The position numbers and the translations under genes are program-made. Shown here in pieces: positions 1-14,047 of a stretch of 64,000 nucleotides of DNA (position 1 is the first letter of the stretch; each line of letters begins with the position of its first letter). The notes under the pieces are model-generated. The model worked only from the letters and a program-made list of their open reading frames with translations. It had not been told where the DNA came from and did not search any database. This DNA is from Macrostomum lignano (taxonomy: Eukaryota): the NCBI GenBank assembly GCA_002269645.1, contig NIVC01002608.1:1-64000 (forward strand), written 5' to 3'.

Positions 1-3000
1 GCTAGTGTCGAACTCCGGCTACTTCAGAACCGAACTGGAAGTCCTGCTTGCTAATCCGGAGTATGCCATGCTGTCGGGCGGCGAATTGAATGCCACACTC
101 TGCGACATCGACCAGTTTCAGACAACTTTGCCGTACGTTCGATGGAGCATAGCCGCTCAGATGATGCTCAGCCCAATGATACGCGCGTCGATACGCAGCA
201 GAAAAGTCTGCAGGCCTACTTGTGCGAAGGAGCTCAGAAAGACATGCTCATGCTGCAGCAACTTGAAAGTTCGCTAACTTGTCCAAGTTAATTAAGGTGA
301 GTCGATTTAATAGATTTTAATTTCTTTTATTCTCTTTGCTTTGGTAACTAACAACGATCTGATATCCATTTTTTAGTTGGCAAACAGCTTTAAGGGCATG
401 AGCATCGCAAAGCTGATGCAGGAGCTGCTATCAGGAAACTTCAGCATCGCAGGCGTGTCCCAGGTGTTTGCGGATCCAAGCGGATTGTTGAATGTCTTCA
501 CACAGCTGGGTCAGAGCCTCATGATGCCAATGAACTCCACGTCATCGGGGGTTATCATAACGAGCAGTTTAAGGTATTTAATATTTAACGCTGCTGGAAA
601 TGTACACTTTGAAGCATTTAAAATATCCCAATTGTTTCATTTTCAGGCAAGTCTGCAGCAGCATGCAAGCCTACGGCACGAACCTATTTGTCGTCAACGG
701 TACGGCCGTGAAGTTGAATGAGATGCTGGCAACTCTGACGAACAACACCTCCCTGATTGAGGCAGCACTGTGCGACCTGGCGGTCGTTGATCTGGCTGGC
801 GCTGCCTCGAAGCTGACCCAGCTGATTAAGCTGGCTGCCACTCCAGGGCGACCTTCGACGCTGGACTGCGTCAGCTTTGCGAATTTGTTCACTAGCTCTA
901 GAATTGGCACGTGTTGGTCTAACCAAACTGTTTTCTTCCAGAAACTAGCTGGGTACGTTTTTATTGTGTTTGGTTTTTTACGATGTTGAAACCCAGATTT
1001 GAACAGGTGACAACCTAGTATCGAGCAGGTGACAACCTATTGTCGAGCAGGTGACAACCTAGTGTCAAACAGGTGACAACCTAGTATCGAACAGGTGACA
1101 ACCTAGTGTCAAACAGGTGACAACCTAGTGTCAAACTGGTGACAACCTATAGTGTCGCACAAATGAAACCAGAGTTGAATAGGTGAAACCCAATGTCGAA
1201 CAGGTGAAATAAAAAACAATGCACCTCTGCCGGTGTTTTTATATTGCGGAAAATTATGTTAAAATATACATTATAGATACGCATGTGCCGTCAATCAAGA
1301 AGTACTAAAACCAAAATTCAGTGTGACAAGCACCATTTCCTGATTGTAGGATGAAGACTGACTACTCCATGTTCGTGCAGCTCGCCAATCAGGCATCGCA
1401 ACTGCAGACGCTGATCGGTCCAGAGGCGGCATCATATTTGGCCAGCATCTTCAAATCAATTTCTGAGGGAGTGAAAAGTAATAAATCCTTCACATTCCAC
1501 TTCCAATATTCAAAGTACCCAGCGAATGGATCGATATGCATTGCTCTCCGCTACTCAATTCTTTTCAGGACAAGTGACCATTCAAAGTCTGCTAGCAAAT
1601 TCCACATCCTCGTTGGATCAATTCGCCAAGCTGTTGGACACAACAAAGGAGCTGTTTAATCAAATCATCGGGTCTACGATTATTTTCAACTCGGTAAAAC
1701 TATGAGCCAATTGTTATAATATTATTTGAATCTTTGAATCTATTCCGTGGGCGGCCATTGGTTGTCGTGCGATCCAAACCAATGAGGGCCAGTTCCAAAG
1801 GCACAGAGAGAGTACATGCCTAATGATTAGAAAGTCAGGGTGTGAGTGCATGCATGAGCGCGTGCCTGCGTACGGTATTGACGCTCTTGTATGTGTGCAG
1901 GAGTTCAGCGGTATTGTGAGAATTGCCTTCAGCAGCTGGTTGTGGGACCGATGTCTCACATTCGGAAGTTGCGATTCATGCCTTTGAAGCATGAGTGCGT
2001 CTGAGTGTCTGGTGTCAACCGAACAGTTGCCATCACCGTGCAGTTTGAATTAAGCAAACAAATCGCTCTAAAACTCAACAGAGCTTCATCGCCTCAATGT
2101 CGGACGCCGATCTCTACAACGCTTTGTGTAGCCCGACTAAGATCAGCCAGATCATCAGCTTCCCGGCCGTGCTCTCCGTTGACATGGGTGCAGTGTCCAG
2201 AGTCATCTGTCAACAGATGGCCGCGTCGCCAGCTGACAGGCAGAGAATGCTTCTGCTGATTCGCGGCGCCACCGCTCCGAACTTTGGCGGGCTGGACCTA
2301 AGCGGATGGATCCGTACGCTGACTAATCTCAACAACCTGTTGGAGCAGCTCAACCAGCTGCAAGGCATCCGCGAGCTGCTCAGCAATTTTGATATTCGAC
2401 GAATGTCCGAGTACGAGTCGGTTATTCTGTCGCTCATCAGAAGCTTCCCGGGAGAGCAGCTTCAGAAAATGTGAGCTCATTTGATAAAATACCCCAGCCG
2501 TAGAATTATCCTCCCCTTGGAGACAGCTTTTTTATTGTTGTGACGCCATCCTGAGCCACCAGCGTGGATTTGCCTGCATCAAGGGGCGCCAGAACCAGGA
2601 GGAACAAGGAAACAACTGCTAAAATAATTTTGCCAGCCATTGGGGGATCCAGCCCTTTAGCCCCCTGAGGCTATAGCTCCTACCTCGTGTGTTGAGTTCC
2701 GTGCTTTCCCACCTTAATTTGAGACTCTTAATTTGACAAAAAGGGCCAACCCTCAAGGCCCAGAGAGTGTAAATACATGAGGATTAGAAAATCAGGGTCG
2801 TTGTACATCCTTTGAAAACGAGTGTACAAATCCGTGTGCGCGCACGTGTTCAGAAGTCCCCTTCATATTGATAATTGAAAAAGTACCCCAGCATCATTGA
2901 ATCACCACTAACATATTTTCTTGTCAATCTGCATTATTTCAGAGGCTATTCGCTGGTAAAAGATTTGCAAGGATTGTCCACCGACCCTGCCTGGGCGAGC

Positions 3001-6000
3001 TTAATGTCGGATCTCACCTTGTTCTTCAAATCGCTGCGCCTTTTCGACTTTGCTAAGCCTTTGTTCCCAATAAAATGTAAGCAAATATGGGCGTATATAG
3101 ATTACCAATCATTAAATCAATAGATGAGATGCCGTTGCAAGGAGGCTTACTCGCTTCTAATACTTTACAGTGCAAGTCAAAGACTTCGTGGACGATCCAA
3201 GTGCAGTCAGGCAGTATCTACAGCGCCAGGGATTTCCTGCCGAAGTTTCCGATCTCATCTTGAGCTCGTATCTGTCCACAGAACAGGTTAGATTGGCCGA
3301 ATTCAGTTCGTCGCTCGTATTTTAAAGCCTAAAAGTTTCCACTGCAAAGGTAAACTGATATTTACATTTTGAAATTTCAGCTTTTCAACTTCTCGCTGAA
3401 ACTCAGCCTCCCCGAAGCTCTGTGCAACGCTGGCAAGCTACAGAGCCTCATTGACTTCTCGAACGTGACCTACAATGTCTCCAGCCTGGTCGAGCAGCTC
3501 TGCGTTAACAGGACACTTCGAGACGTGGAAAACATCACGGAAACAATTCTCAAGATGGGCAACTTTGGCCGGTTTTTCATGAAACAGTTTGGCCAGCAGG
3601 CCATCGACAGCTTACTCAACAGCTCCGGAGTGACCCTCGTCGACCTGAAAGATGCCATTCAAGCAGTTCAAGACACCGGCAACGCGTTGCAGAACGCCTT
3701 CAATGTGCTGCAGGAGCTGGTCGGTGTTGTTGCAAGTTTCAATCCAGGCTCCAGCGATATGGGCTGTGAGTGAAATCCGTTGCTTTTACATGGTTCTAGT
3801 GTATTAGAAGCGAGTAGGAAGCTTGAAACGGTAGAGATCTCAGCTTGTTGGGCCTTAGACGGAACCAAATTATTTAGGAACTAATAATGTATGCTATCTG
3901 TTATGCGGATTGACCCATACCGTACATGTACTGTAATGGCGTCAAAAGAGGCATTGAATGGCACTGAATCGTCATCATTTGGCCATTATCATACCACATA
4001 CATACTACGTATACCTGTAACTGTAAGGTACTACACATCCGCAAGCTAAGTTTGCTGCTCTCAAACAAATTGCAGCTCCAAACGGACTCGAAGGTATCAG
4101 CCAGGCGGTGTGCGGGACCAGCGGAAAGTTCAACTTCACCAGCGTCTATGGCATCAGCCTTAGCCCCGGCAGTACTGATTCGGGACGCCGACGCAAGAGA
4201 CGCTCCACTCACTCAACTACTTACACCTACGAGCTCGGCCAGCTGGCTAGCAATGAGTTCTGCCGAAATCTCTACGACCTGACTCAGAAATCAACAGCCG
4301 GAAGGGTCGGCTGGACCTACGTTAAGCCAATCATTCGAGGACGCGTGATTGTAACGCCTGACACGAACACGACGCGAAGCTTGATGAGCGGAGCCCAGGA
4401 ACAGTTCACCAAGCTGTTTAACCTGCAGGAGCTGGCTAACAGTCTGGCTGGCTTGCTGCCAACGGCTACGGGAACCTCAGCCGCCAGTGTCTTGGCGAAT
4501 CTGCTGTCCAATCCCCTGGCCAGCTCTGCTTTCTCTGGTATCCTCGGGTCGTCAACCAACCTGACATCCATGCAAAACCTGTTGAAAGTCTTCACTGGCA
4601 ATACTACTTCGAACTCTTCAAGCACAAATCAAATGCTAAAACTGCTGCAGAACTTCACCAGCTGCATCGAAACCAGCCGTTTGGATTATTACGCCACCGG
4701 AAGCAGTCAGTACGATGCTGGTCTTCAGGCTGCCCTATCGGAAAACCGCCTGCTCGCTGTGATCGATTTTGAAAATCTATCCTCGTCGAGACGCCGTCGA
4801 GACGTAGCCCCAGGGAGCTCCGGCCTGCCTGCGCACGTCAAGTACACAATTCGCATGTCCTACGGAACACTCTATAAACAAACACTTTGATGAGCTATCC
4901 AGAGATTTACGAAAAACGCTCCAGCTTTATGTTCGATTTGGCTTATCAACGCGGCTTCGTTCAGATTCAGGAGTCCATCGATCGGACGATTGTTCGGATG
5001 CAGACTGGGCGCGACATGCCAGCACAGCAGACTAAGCAGATGCCCACTCCCTGCCTTCAGAAAGACAGCATGCTGCGATCCTTCGGTCTGGCTATACTGC
5101 CCATATCCACCATCTTCATGTGGCTCGCACCGCTCGCCATAGCCATACAGCAAATCATGTATGACAGAGAGCACAGTCTCGAGATACCATTGTTCTTGAT
5201 GGGCCTTAGACCGAGCATACACTTCCTGCAGTGGTTCCTGGTGCAGCTGCTGAATATGTTGATCCTGAGTGTCATCATCACAATAGCCTGTGTATATGGC
5301 GGCCTGCTCTCTGGCACCGACCCCAGCATCATCTTTGTCCTGTTTGGTCTGTTCTCGTTTAGCTCGCTCGGCTTCGGCTACATGGTATCCGCGTTTTTCA
5401 TCACCTCTAGCGTCGCTTGCGTTATCGCCCTGCTCATCTACCTGCTCATGTTTGTGCCGTTCGTATTTCTATCCTACTTGCACATTGGCGGTACTGCTCT
5501 CCAGGCGGTTAATATTTTCTCTCCGACGGCGTTTTCCTTGGCTTCTCGTTCAATAGTTACTCTACAGCTAGCAAACTCTAAAGTCCATTGGTCGGACATT
5601 ATGAAGGAAACATACGGCATCCAAGTATACGGAAGCTTCCTAGCGCTGGCATTGGACGGTGTCGTCTATTTCCTGGTCGGTTGGTACTTCAGAAACGTAC
5701 TTCCGGGCAAGCACGGCGTACCTCAGTCTCCGCTGTTCTTCCTCACCGCTCGTTACTGGGGTTGCGACAGCTCGCGCAAGAAGAGTGACACCTCCAGTGC
5801 TGCTGGCGCTGTTGTTGAACTGAAAAACGTCAACAAAAAGTTTGGATCGAAGCAGGCTGTGCAAAATCTTAATTTGAAGCTTCAAGAAAACGAGACAACC
5901 ATTCTATTAGGCCCTAACGGTGCTGGAAAGTCAACGACTATGTAAGATTTGAATTAATATTTTTTGTATTAGAGCAGTCTCAAAATAGCTCGTACTTTAT

Positions 6001-9000
6001 TTTTGTGTCTTGATGCTTTTTCTTTAGAAACATGATAACCGGTCTGATCTCGTGCGACTCCGGTAAGATTACCGTCAACGGATTGAACGTCTCGACAAGC
6101 TTCTACAAGCTTCGATCAAGTATCGGGTTCTGTCCGCAGCACAACGTCTACTATGACGAGTAAGTTCATCAATAAAACCTTATTAACCCCGCATCTGGTA
6201 TTAGAGGAACCTACGATTGCTAGGAAGCTAAGAAACTGACTCTCTCTTAATTCCATACAGCCTTTCTGTGAAGCAAAACCTGGCCTACTTTGGCGCTCTC
6301 AAGGGCTGCTCCAAGTCCGAGCTTGAAGACATGCTGCGCTGGCTTCGACTCTACAAAGTCCGCAACGTAGCCGTCCAAAAGCTGAGCGGCGGTCAGAAAC
6401 GGCGTTTGTCAATCGGCCTTGCGTTCCTTGGCAAGCCTAGCCTGGTTATACTTGACGAGCCAACGGCATCAGTAGACCCGGATGCGCGACGCACCATATG
6501 GGAGCTGATCAAAGCGCACCGGTGCACCACGCTGATCTGCACCCACGACATGCAGGAGGCGGAAATACTCGGCGATCACGTTGCCGTGATGAAAGACGGC
6601 TGCATCGTTGACAGCCAGAGCTACCAGAACCTGTTCGAAAACTGTCGCTACACGATCAACATCAGCTCAGAGTCGCCCCAGGCACTGGCTGAGGAACTTA
6701 GGGCTCAGAATCTGAATACATCCGAGCCAGCAATCAACGAACGCCACAACAAAGTCCAGCTGACCTGCCCGAAGGAGGGCCGCGTCATGGCTAGCCTGAC
6801 CTACGGTCTGGACCGCTTGAAGACTGCCAAGCAATTTGTCACATGGTTCTCAATTACCTGCTCGACAATATCCGATTATTTCAACGACATCATCTTCGGC
6901 AAGGAGGTGATTCAGGACTCGCCGCAGAGCATCCAATACCAGAAGCGAGCGGGCAAGCCCAGCACCGGTGTCAAAATCGGAGCCCTATTTGGCAAGAGGT
7001 TCCACCACGCCAAGAGAAGCTGGATCAGCTATATCGGCATGCTGATCCTGCCCTGCGTGTTTATCGTGTTCACCATGGGATCTACTTTGTTGAGACCGTC
7101 ATTTAGCCAGGAGAGCGCAAAATTGCTGCTGACGCCGACCATTTACGGTCCGGGGGCCGTCACATTCCTGTACCAGGATGCAGGCTTCCCCATGAAAGAG
7201 GCGGTGCGGTCGTCGCTTGCTCGGCCGCCAGGAATTGGTACAGTCTGCATGCCCGGCGAAAACCGAGGCAAGACTCCTTTCTTCACTGCCCCCTGCAAAG
7301 AAACGTCAGCCACTTGGGATTTGAAGAACTTCACAGCTGCCGAACTCGCTAAGTACGCCACGTACAGAAACTGCTCGTGCGACAAATCTTCGCACTACGA
7401 GTGCGTGGACGAATATTCGAAGGGTACCCCGCCAGACGTTTTGGTCACGCCTAGCGGTGACGTCATTCACGAGCTGAGAGAAACAACAAATCTGAATGAT
7501 TTGCTGCTGCGTTCGACAGCACGGTTCAACCTCAGCGGCCCTCGGTCCGTCAGTATTGCTCCTGCAGCCAACCAACGCTGGGGCGGTCTTGAACTGCAGT
7601 CGAACTCATCCGTGATCTGGTTCGACAACCGAGGCTACCACACTCTGCCATCCTACCTGAACGCCTACTCCAACACCATGCTCAGAATGTTTGTAGCAAC
7701 CTCTAACTATTCCAACTACTCTTCGGATTATGGAATCAGCACTTACAATCATCCACTGCCGATGCAGAGGTCACAGCTGAACACCGAGACTTTGTAAGTG
7801 AAATTGCGTTGATTTTGCCTTATTTTTTTGTAAAAAGGATGAACTGCACTTAATACTACAAGTTTTGCGACCAGATCAATAAAACTATTGTATAGCTAAT
7901 TATTTCTCTGCCATTTGCGTCATGTCTACAACAAACAAACAAACAATTAAATTGAAAAACTCAACCCACAGTGACCTGGCCATCAAGGACGCAGGCTTGG
8001 CCATGTGCATCGTTTTCGCGCTCTGCTTCGTGCCAGCCAGCATCTCTCTGACAGTGTCGAACGAGCGGTTCTCAGGCGAACAAGTGCATCTACGTCTGTA
8101 CGGAGTTGGCATTCCTACCTACTGGCTGACATCCTTCGTCTGGGACATACTGATGTACCTGCTGCCCCTGGGAATTGTGATTGGTATAATGGCCGCGTTC
8201 CAAATCGATCTGTACACGGCAAACTTAAACCTGCCAGCAATCGCGATGCTTCTAGCTCTGTTCGGAACGTCCGCAATCCCACTGAGCTACCTGGTGTCCA
8301 AGATGATGCGCTCTCCAGCAGGCGGCTTTCTGCTATCTTTCTTTATTCTCTTCTTCGTTGGCATTGTGCTGTTTAGCCTCCTACTGCTACTGCAGTTCTA
8401 CGTGAACTTTACCGACAAAGAGCTGACCTTGCAGATTCTCACCTACGTGTTCATGGCTCTGCCGTCCTTCAGCCTTGGCAACGGAGTCTATCAGGTGGTG
8501 GAAAACCAGTGGAAGGCCTCCATTCTAAAGAGCTACGGAGCCAGCGAGTACGCCGATCCGTTCACCATGGCTATGGTTGGACCCCACGCAATCGCTATGG
8601 GCGTCGGTTGCGTGGTGTTCCTTCTCATCAACATACTGATTGACATTCGCTGCCGTGGCCGCAACCGCCAGGCCCGATTATCCTACCTGACCGATGGTGG
8701 GTCCGACGTCGGCGTCCAGGAGGAATTCGACCGTGTCAACAGCGGCGCCTGCAGACAGGATCCGATCCAGCTGACTGGCCTGGGAATGACCTTCCGCACG
8801 GTTCGCGGTTTCCGCATCCATGCGCTGGACAACCTCACCATGTCCGTGGCGGAGGGCACCTGCCTAGGCCTGCTCGGACCCAACGGTAGCGGCAAGTCTA
8901 CAACCTTCAACATCCTCACTCGGCAGCTGAATGGCTACAGCGGCTACTGCAGCATCGAGGGACTCGGCTACTGTCCGCAGTCCAATCCGCTGGACAAGGA

Positions 9001-10685
9001 GATGACTGTGACGGAGACTCTGGTGTTCTACGCTCGTCTACTGGGCCTGTCCAGCAAGGACCAGGATGTGCAGCTGGAGCAACTGATCTCAGCGCTGCGC
9101 CTGCCGCCGAACAAGGTCACCAAGGCGCTTAGCGGCGGTCAGCGTCGGAAGCTGTCCGTTGCCATCGCCTTCCTCGGGGCGCCGCGCTGCATCCTCCTGG
9201 ACGAGCCGTCGGCCGGCCTGGATGCTGTCAGCCGAGCCGCGCTCAAGCAGCTCGTGCGCTGCGTGGTTTCTCAGGGGTCCTGCGTGCTGTTCACCTCGCA
9301 CTGCATGGAGGAGGTCGAAGGCGTCTGCGATAGAGTTGCCATCCTAATTGGAGGCCGCCTGCGCGCCATTGGCAGTATGGACGAGCTCAAGGAGCAGCTG
9401 GGACGCAGCTTTACTCTCACTGTGCGCGGCTCTCGCGATGATAAGGAGCAGCTGACGAAATACCTGCACAACGCGTTTCCAAATGCAGAGTGCAAGGTCA
9501 GTTTCCATTTAATCTTATAAGATAACTTCATCAACGCGACTTTTGGCTGTATTCCCATGACACGATCTTCCCAACACTTGCAAGTCAACTGTTCTTATCA
9601 ATTTTAGATGAGCGCCGCCGGTGTCTCTGAATACGCCGTGCCGATCACCACCAAGCTGCACGAGATTTTCGAGGCCATGGAGAAGTGCGCTCAAGACAGT
9701 CTGTGCTCCGAGTACACAGTGAAGCAGACCACCTTGGAACAGGTGCGCTTTGAAATACGATTTGCATCAGCTAAAACTGGGTCATACTACTGACAGTAGC
9801 TTCGTGGGTTAATTAGTGCCCAAATCAATGTTAGCTCCATTATTTGTTTTGGCTCACGCGTGGGTTGTTGGCCTGGAACTGGATCCATTTTGTTGACAAT
9901 GAAACGACAATGACAAAGGTCAGGGCAGATGTGCGCGCATCTGTGAAAGTATCTGACCGACTATGCATGCATCGCATAATGAAACTTGTTCTCTGGTACA
10001 GAACATACAGAAGGCACCAAAAATACGCGTTAACCGCTGAGACGACAAGGCTCGGAGGGAGTTGCTATACACTCGTATTACACTGTGATTCTTGGGGGGG
10101 GGGGAGAATTGCTAAGATTAAGAAGGGTCGCTTAAATGGTGTCAATGCTCCCAAGGGTCAATTGGAAGTTGTTGATAGGTCAAACCAAAGGTAGATGTCA
10201 AATGGACAGTTGGGGTTAAGCGATGGCTTAAATGGAGGATTTGATACCTTCCTTAGCTTACAGGGAATGCTGATATCTTAGGCTAGATAACTTGCCTTGA
10301 GGGCTGATTATTCTTATGATACTAACAATATCGACTGTATACAATGTTCAAAGCTACATATATTGCTAAAATCGTACTGTTTTTAATACGTTCAATACAC
10401 AAAACTTCACAGGTGTTCCTGGAGCTGTGCAGCCACCAGACGGACAGCTGGCGTGAGGAAGGCAGCGCCTCCGGCTCCGGCAGCCAGCCGTCCGGCAGCA
10501 GCGACTCGCCTCCATCGTCTAGCGCCGGCTCAACGGCTCTGATGAAGCGCAGCAGCTGGAAACAGTCGATTGACAGCCGAGACGGTCTGGACTACAACCT
10601 GGACTTGGACAAGTCCGGCACAATGCGCTCCGCCAGTCAGGGTGAAGGCAGCGAGAGAACCAACATCTACAAAGTCTATCTGTAG
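1..10685 (+). CDS. ABCA: ABCA-subfamily full ABC transporter, multi-exon, 5' end outside the window
   Basis: NBD1: GPNGAGKST, LSGGQKRRL, VILDEP. NBD2: GPNGSGKST, LSGGQRRKL, ILLDEP. Two TMDs and large extracellular domains with ABCA motifs (ISQAVCG, VKYTIRM, FDNRGYHTLPSYLN, TTLEQVF). Hand-built exons with GT-AG: <1-296, 377-573, 647-952, 1350-1477, 1569-1693, 2082-2470, 2943-3076, 3171-3286, 3381-3765, 4076-5941, 6028-6159, 6261-7793, 7972-9496, 9608-9742, 10413-10685. Apparent 1-bp frameshifts near 130, 267 and 4877. Confidence 0.95.
1001..1210. repeat. Intronic minisatellite, ~22-bp unit GAACAGGTGACAACCTAGTGTC, about 8 copies
   Basis: Directly visible tandem copies in an ABCA intron. Confidence 0.9.
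1790..1975 (+). mobile_element. Dispersed repeat family copy (SINE/MITE-like, class unresolved)
   Basis: Aligns by eye with 16540-16750 (TTAGAAAGTCA...GTGAGCGCGTG..TGC..GTATTG.CGC.CTTGTAT...CAGGAGT.CAGCGG...GGGACCGATGTC). Confidence 0.55.
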
Positions 10686-11779
10686 GCCTGCATACCATCG
10701 CAACATTGACTAATATACCAGCTATTGGTGTGTAACTTTCGTGTAGCTGTGACTGAAACCGTTTACCATATTATTCACCCATTTTGAATCTAAATTTGCT
10801 CATTTTGCTTGAAAATACGAGCGTCTATTAGCTGCTTCACGCGGCTTGAGTAGTATGCGTAGTAAATTGCTTGACTGTAATATTTTTATCGGCTCGTTTT
10901 ATTGTTGATAACAACTCATTCGATACAGGTAATTTGATTTATTTACTCCAGCTTAATCGTTCGGATGCAAAAGCAGAACTAAAACAAATAACGCTATGAC
11001 CGAGGCTTTGAAATGCTTCAAAAAATTTTTGAAGCCTCATAAAAGCAAAAAAACTCCCCTATTTTGTAAATAAAGCTCAGTTCTTGCATCTGGTTAAAAC
11101 GACGTTAGACACACCAATTGCTTACTATAGCTATCAGTAGTATATTTAGTATCTGCGTCTTCCTTCGCCAAATTAAAAGCCTGATATTCAATTCAATATT
11201 ATTTTAAATTTCATACCACTTATATTTACCACTAGAGCGGTCCAAGCTTGTGCTACCCAACTGTGATTTTTATTTATACAAGCGTAGTAATTCGGTTTTA
11301 TATTTTAAATCCGTGCCAGTCTACGGACAAACGGAAAGAAATGACCTTGTTTTTCGACTATAAATCGGAATCGAATAGATTCGCTAATTAAACCATTTAA
11401 TTAAACCGTTCAAAGAACGTTTCATTTTATTTCCACCATTTAATAAAATTCTTAAAACAAAAATCATTTGAATTTAACGTTTAAATTAACCCATTGAGTA
11501 AAACAAACCAAAATAAAAACCTATTAAATAAAGGATTTAAGTAAATCCTTCGAATAGATCATTTAAAAAAAAAAGTTAAAACCTCTTAACAAAAAAGACT
11601 ATAGTTGCATCTAAACCAATAATCGTGACTCAGCATGAACGAGTAGGGAAATCGATCAGAAACACGCAAAGTGTAGAGTATTTCATCTCCTTTGAAAAAC
11701 TATAAACATTGTTAACATGCTACTTATACAGTAGTATAGCAAAGGCACGTACAAAAATAAGTATTGAACCAGGCTACAT

Positions 11780-12150
11780 TTGTATTAACCAATCAGAAAT
11801 GCGAAAGGTTGGTCATGTTATTTTTAGTAACGAACCAATCACTCGCGACCCACAATTGTCAAGTTAAATCCCATTTGCGATTCATTATTGGCCACGTGAA
11901 ACCTACGTTTTTCAGTTCAACCCCACCTACGATTCGTCATTTGGCTTGCACCCGGTTTGCACCCGGATGAACCAATCAAACGCGACAGAAAAACACCAGA
12001 TACGGTAACCAATCATGTGTGTTTTACAGTAGATTAGTTGCATAACTTTCTGCCCTGTCATGCTTGACAGCCACCGAATCGTGACCCTTTGACACTTGCG
12101 AAGACAGTGATGTACGACCTCGAGAGAGGTCCGAACGCCTATAAATACAA
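11780..12150 (+). promoter_or_regulatory. Cluster of CCAAT boxes followed by a TATA-like motif
   Basis: AACCAATCA near 11788, 11833, 11971 and 12007; ATTGG near 11887; CTATAAATA near 12139. No downstream gene identified, so it may be transposon-derived. Confidence 0.3.
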
Positions 12151-12779
12151 GTGGTCCGGAACGGACCCGGAGCCAACAATTCCTCAGGAAGGAGAAGAGC
12201 TCCGAAGAGGAAGCCACAGTCGGACTTCCTGGACCAAGACTCGGTCGATTGTTGCGGTAAGCCTTCCTTATTTGCGCCCGTTGTTGTTAGAGACGTCTCG
12301 CTCAAGTCTATTGTGACTTGAGTTTAGTTTGAGTCTGTTGAAACTCTTGAGTCTGTTTAGACTCCACTGGTTGCAGTCTCCAGAAGGACTGCCCCTGATA
12401 GATCTAAGAGGACTATCAGTGGTTTCCGGAGCTATACCTAGAGTGCATAGAGGCACTGCTAGAAGGATGCTTATATTGAACCGCAGTTGGCGCAGGGTAC
12501 CCATTGTAATTGGAAGCTTCCCATTGGTCCGAAAGACAGATACCGGCCGGCGAGACACAAAGAAGAAATCGGACCAGAGCAACTGAGTCTTCCGGAAGAA
12601 AAGCGAGACCTACGGATCCACTGAGAGACCTATTGCGAGAACTACTCGAGGAAGAGAACAGCTCAACCGGATTTAAGGTAATTGAGTACCTGCAGTTGAC
12701 TTACTGGGTTGCCTAGCTACAGAGCTAGAAGTGATTGTTCCTTGATTACAGTTGAGGACTGGTAATAAGGAACACATCA
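12108..12779 (+). mobile_element. Possible solo LTR
   Basis: Ends TGATGT...ACATCA form a perfect 6-bp inverted pair, with an internal TATA motif. Flanks GACAG/AAAGC do not form a TSD and there is no second copy. Confidence 0.3.
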
Positions 12780-12899
12780 AAAGCAGCATGTAGCTTTGAA
12801 CTGGAATTTACGAGACAACGTAGAAAAAGCTGGCCACAGAGGGGGGGATCAAGAGAACACACGCTTTTGGGCCGCACATCTAAAAAATTCAGCTCCCCA

Positions 12900-13450
12900 G
12901 TCAGAGTCAGAGCGGGGGCTCTCGCATGCCTCAGAAGCAGTTCTGTGTAGCGCGTCGTTCACCCTTTTCCCTCGTCTCCGCGGGCCCTGCGCCGTCCACA
13001 ACAGCAGAACGTGTAACGGCTCGCGGCAGCAACTGGTGGCCATGCAGCCAGCCCGAGTCGCCTTTCGCGCAGCAGGTCAGAAGGCCGCATTAGACGGGCC
13101 CGGCGCAGAACGTGACGTTGGACTCCGAGCCCGGGCCTCAGCGCACGCCGAACGCAGAGCGCAGCATCGCAGAGTGCGCGGCGTCCAGCTGGTTCTTCAG
13201 AGCATCCGTCAGAGTCCAGGTCTCAGGGTTGTAGAGCAGATCAGTCTCTATGACTGCCCGAAACAGCTGAGCCCAGGTCGCGTCATCCAGAGCCTCAGAT
13301 CCCAGCACCCAGTGAACCGAGCGTAAGGCGGCCCAGGGCGTCCTCCTTCTCATGTCGCTGGCGATGTCCGGCACGACTCCGCCGAGGTACACTAAATGCC
13401 GGCAGCGTCGTAGCGCGGGGTCTCATTCCCGGCCGCATACGAGAGTAAAG
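12900..13450 (-). mobile_element. Degenerate RTE-like non-LTR retrotransposon fragment (RT C-terminal region)
   Basis: YLGG...LFRAVIETDLLYNPETWTL...LDAAHSAMLRSAFGV and LLW.AQGPRRRGK match the conserved post-RT motifs of RTE-type LINEs (YLGS...LLYG.ETWTL...MLR.I.G). Confidence 0.75.
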
Positions 13451-14047
13451 TCAAGGCAATGCCAAGTAACTTTTACTACAGCTTCAAATCGTACCACTCA
13501 GCCGATAAGTAGAGCTACGTCTTAGAAAGAGCTGCATCCTGACGGCTTAGAAAATGAATTTCAATTCGTGTTTAAAAGTCGTTGAAACTTTGATAGTGCT
13601 CCTTGTGATAAATTCAAACGGGGAAATCTCAGATAAATTATTTTTCCTATAATAGTTCAACAAGACTGAGATGTGAATAGAAATTCTAGCAAGATTCGCC
13701 CAAGACAGAAGCCAGAATGCAACTGCCCCGTGAGGCTTCATAATGGGCACCGAAAAGATCTTGAATACTCTCTGTATGCATCTGTACAAAACTTCTACAC
13801 CCCGTCTGCATCTACCCTTTCTGTCTCAAAATGGAATGCTGTACAAACTTAGACTGTACTGATAATTGGCAAGAGCGACTGTTCTATTACTCTATTCTCT
13901 CTTCTATTCACAAGCTGGGCATGGCGTCCATAGCAACCATAAAAGTACTTGAATTGATGACATTACAAATAGCTCGTGATGGTTTCCATAGCATTCTAGA
14001 TACGTTATTGGCTGAGTTCATTTGCTCAGCGCTACACCAGCGCCTTC

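Noticed and set aside
4865-4895. Programmed ribosomal frameshift in ABCA
   Set aside because: No canonical X XXY YYZ slippery heptamer; a one-base consensus error is simpler
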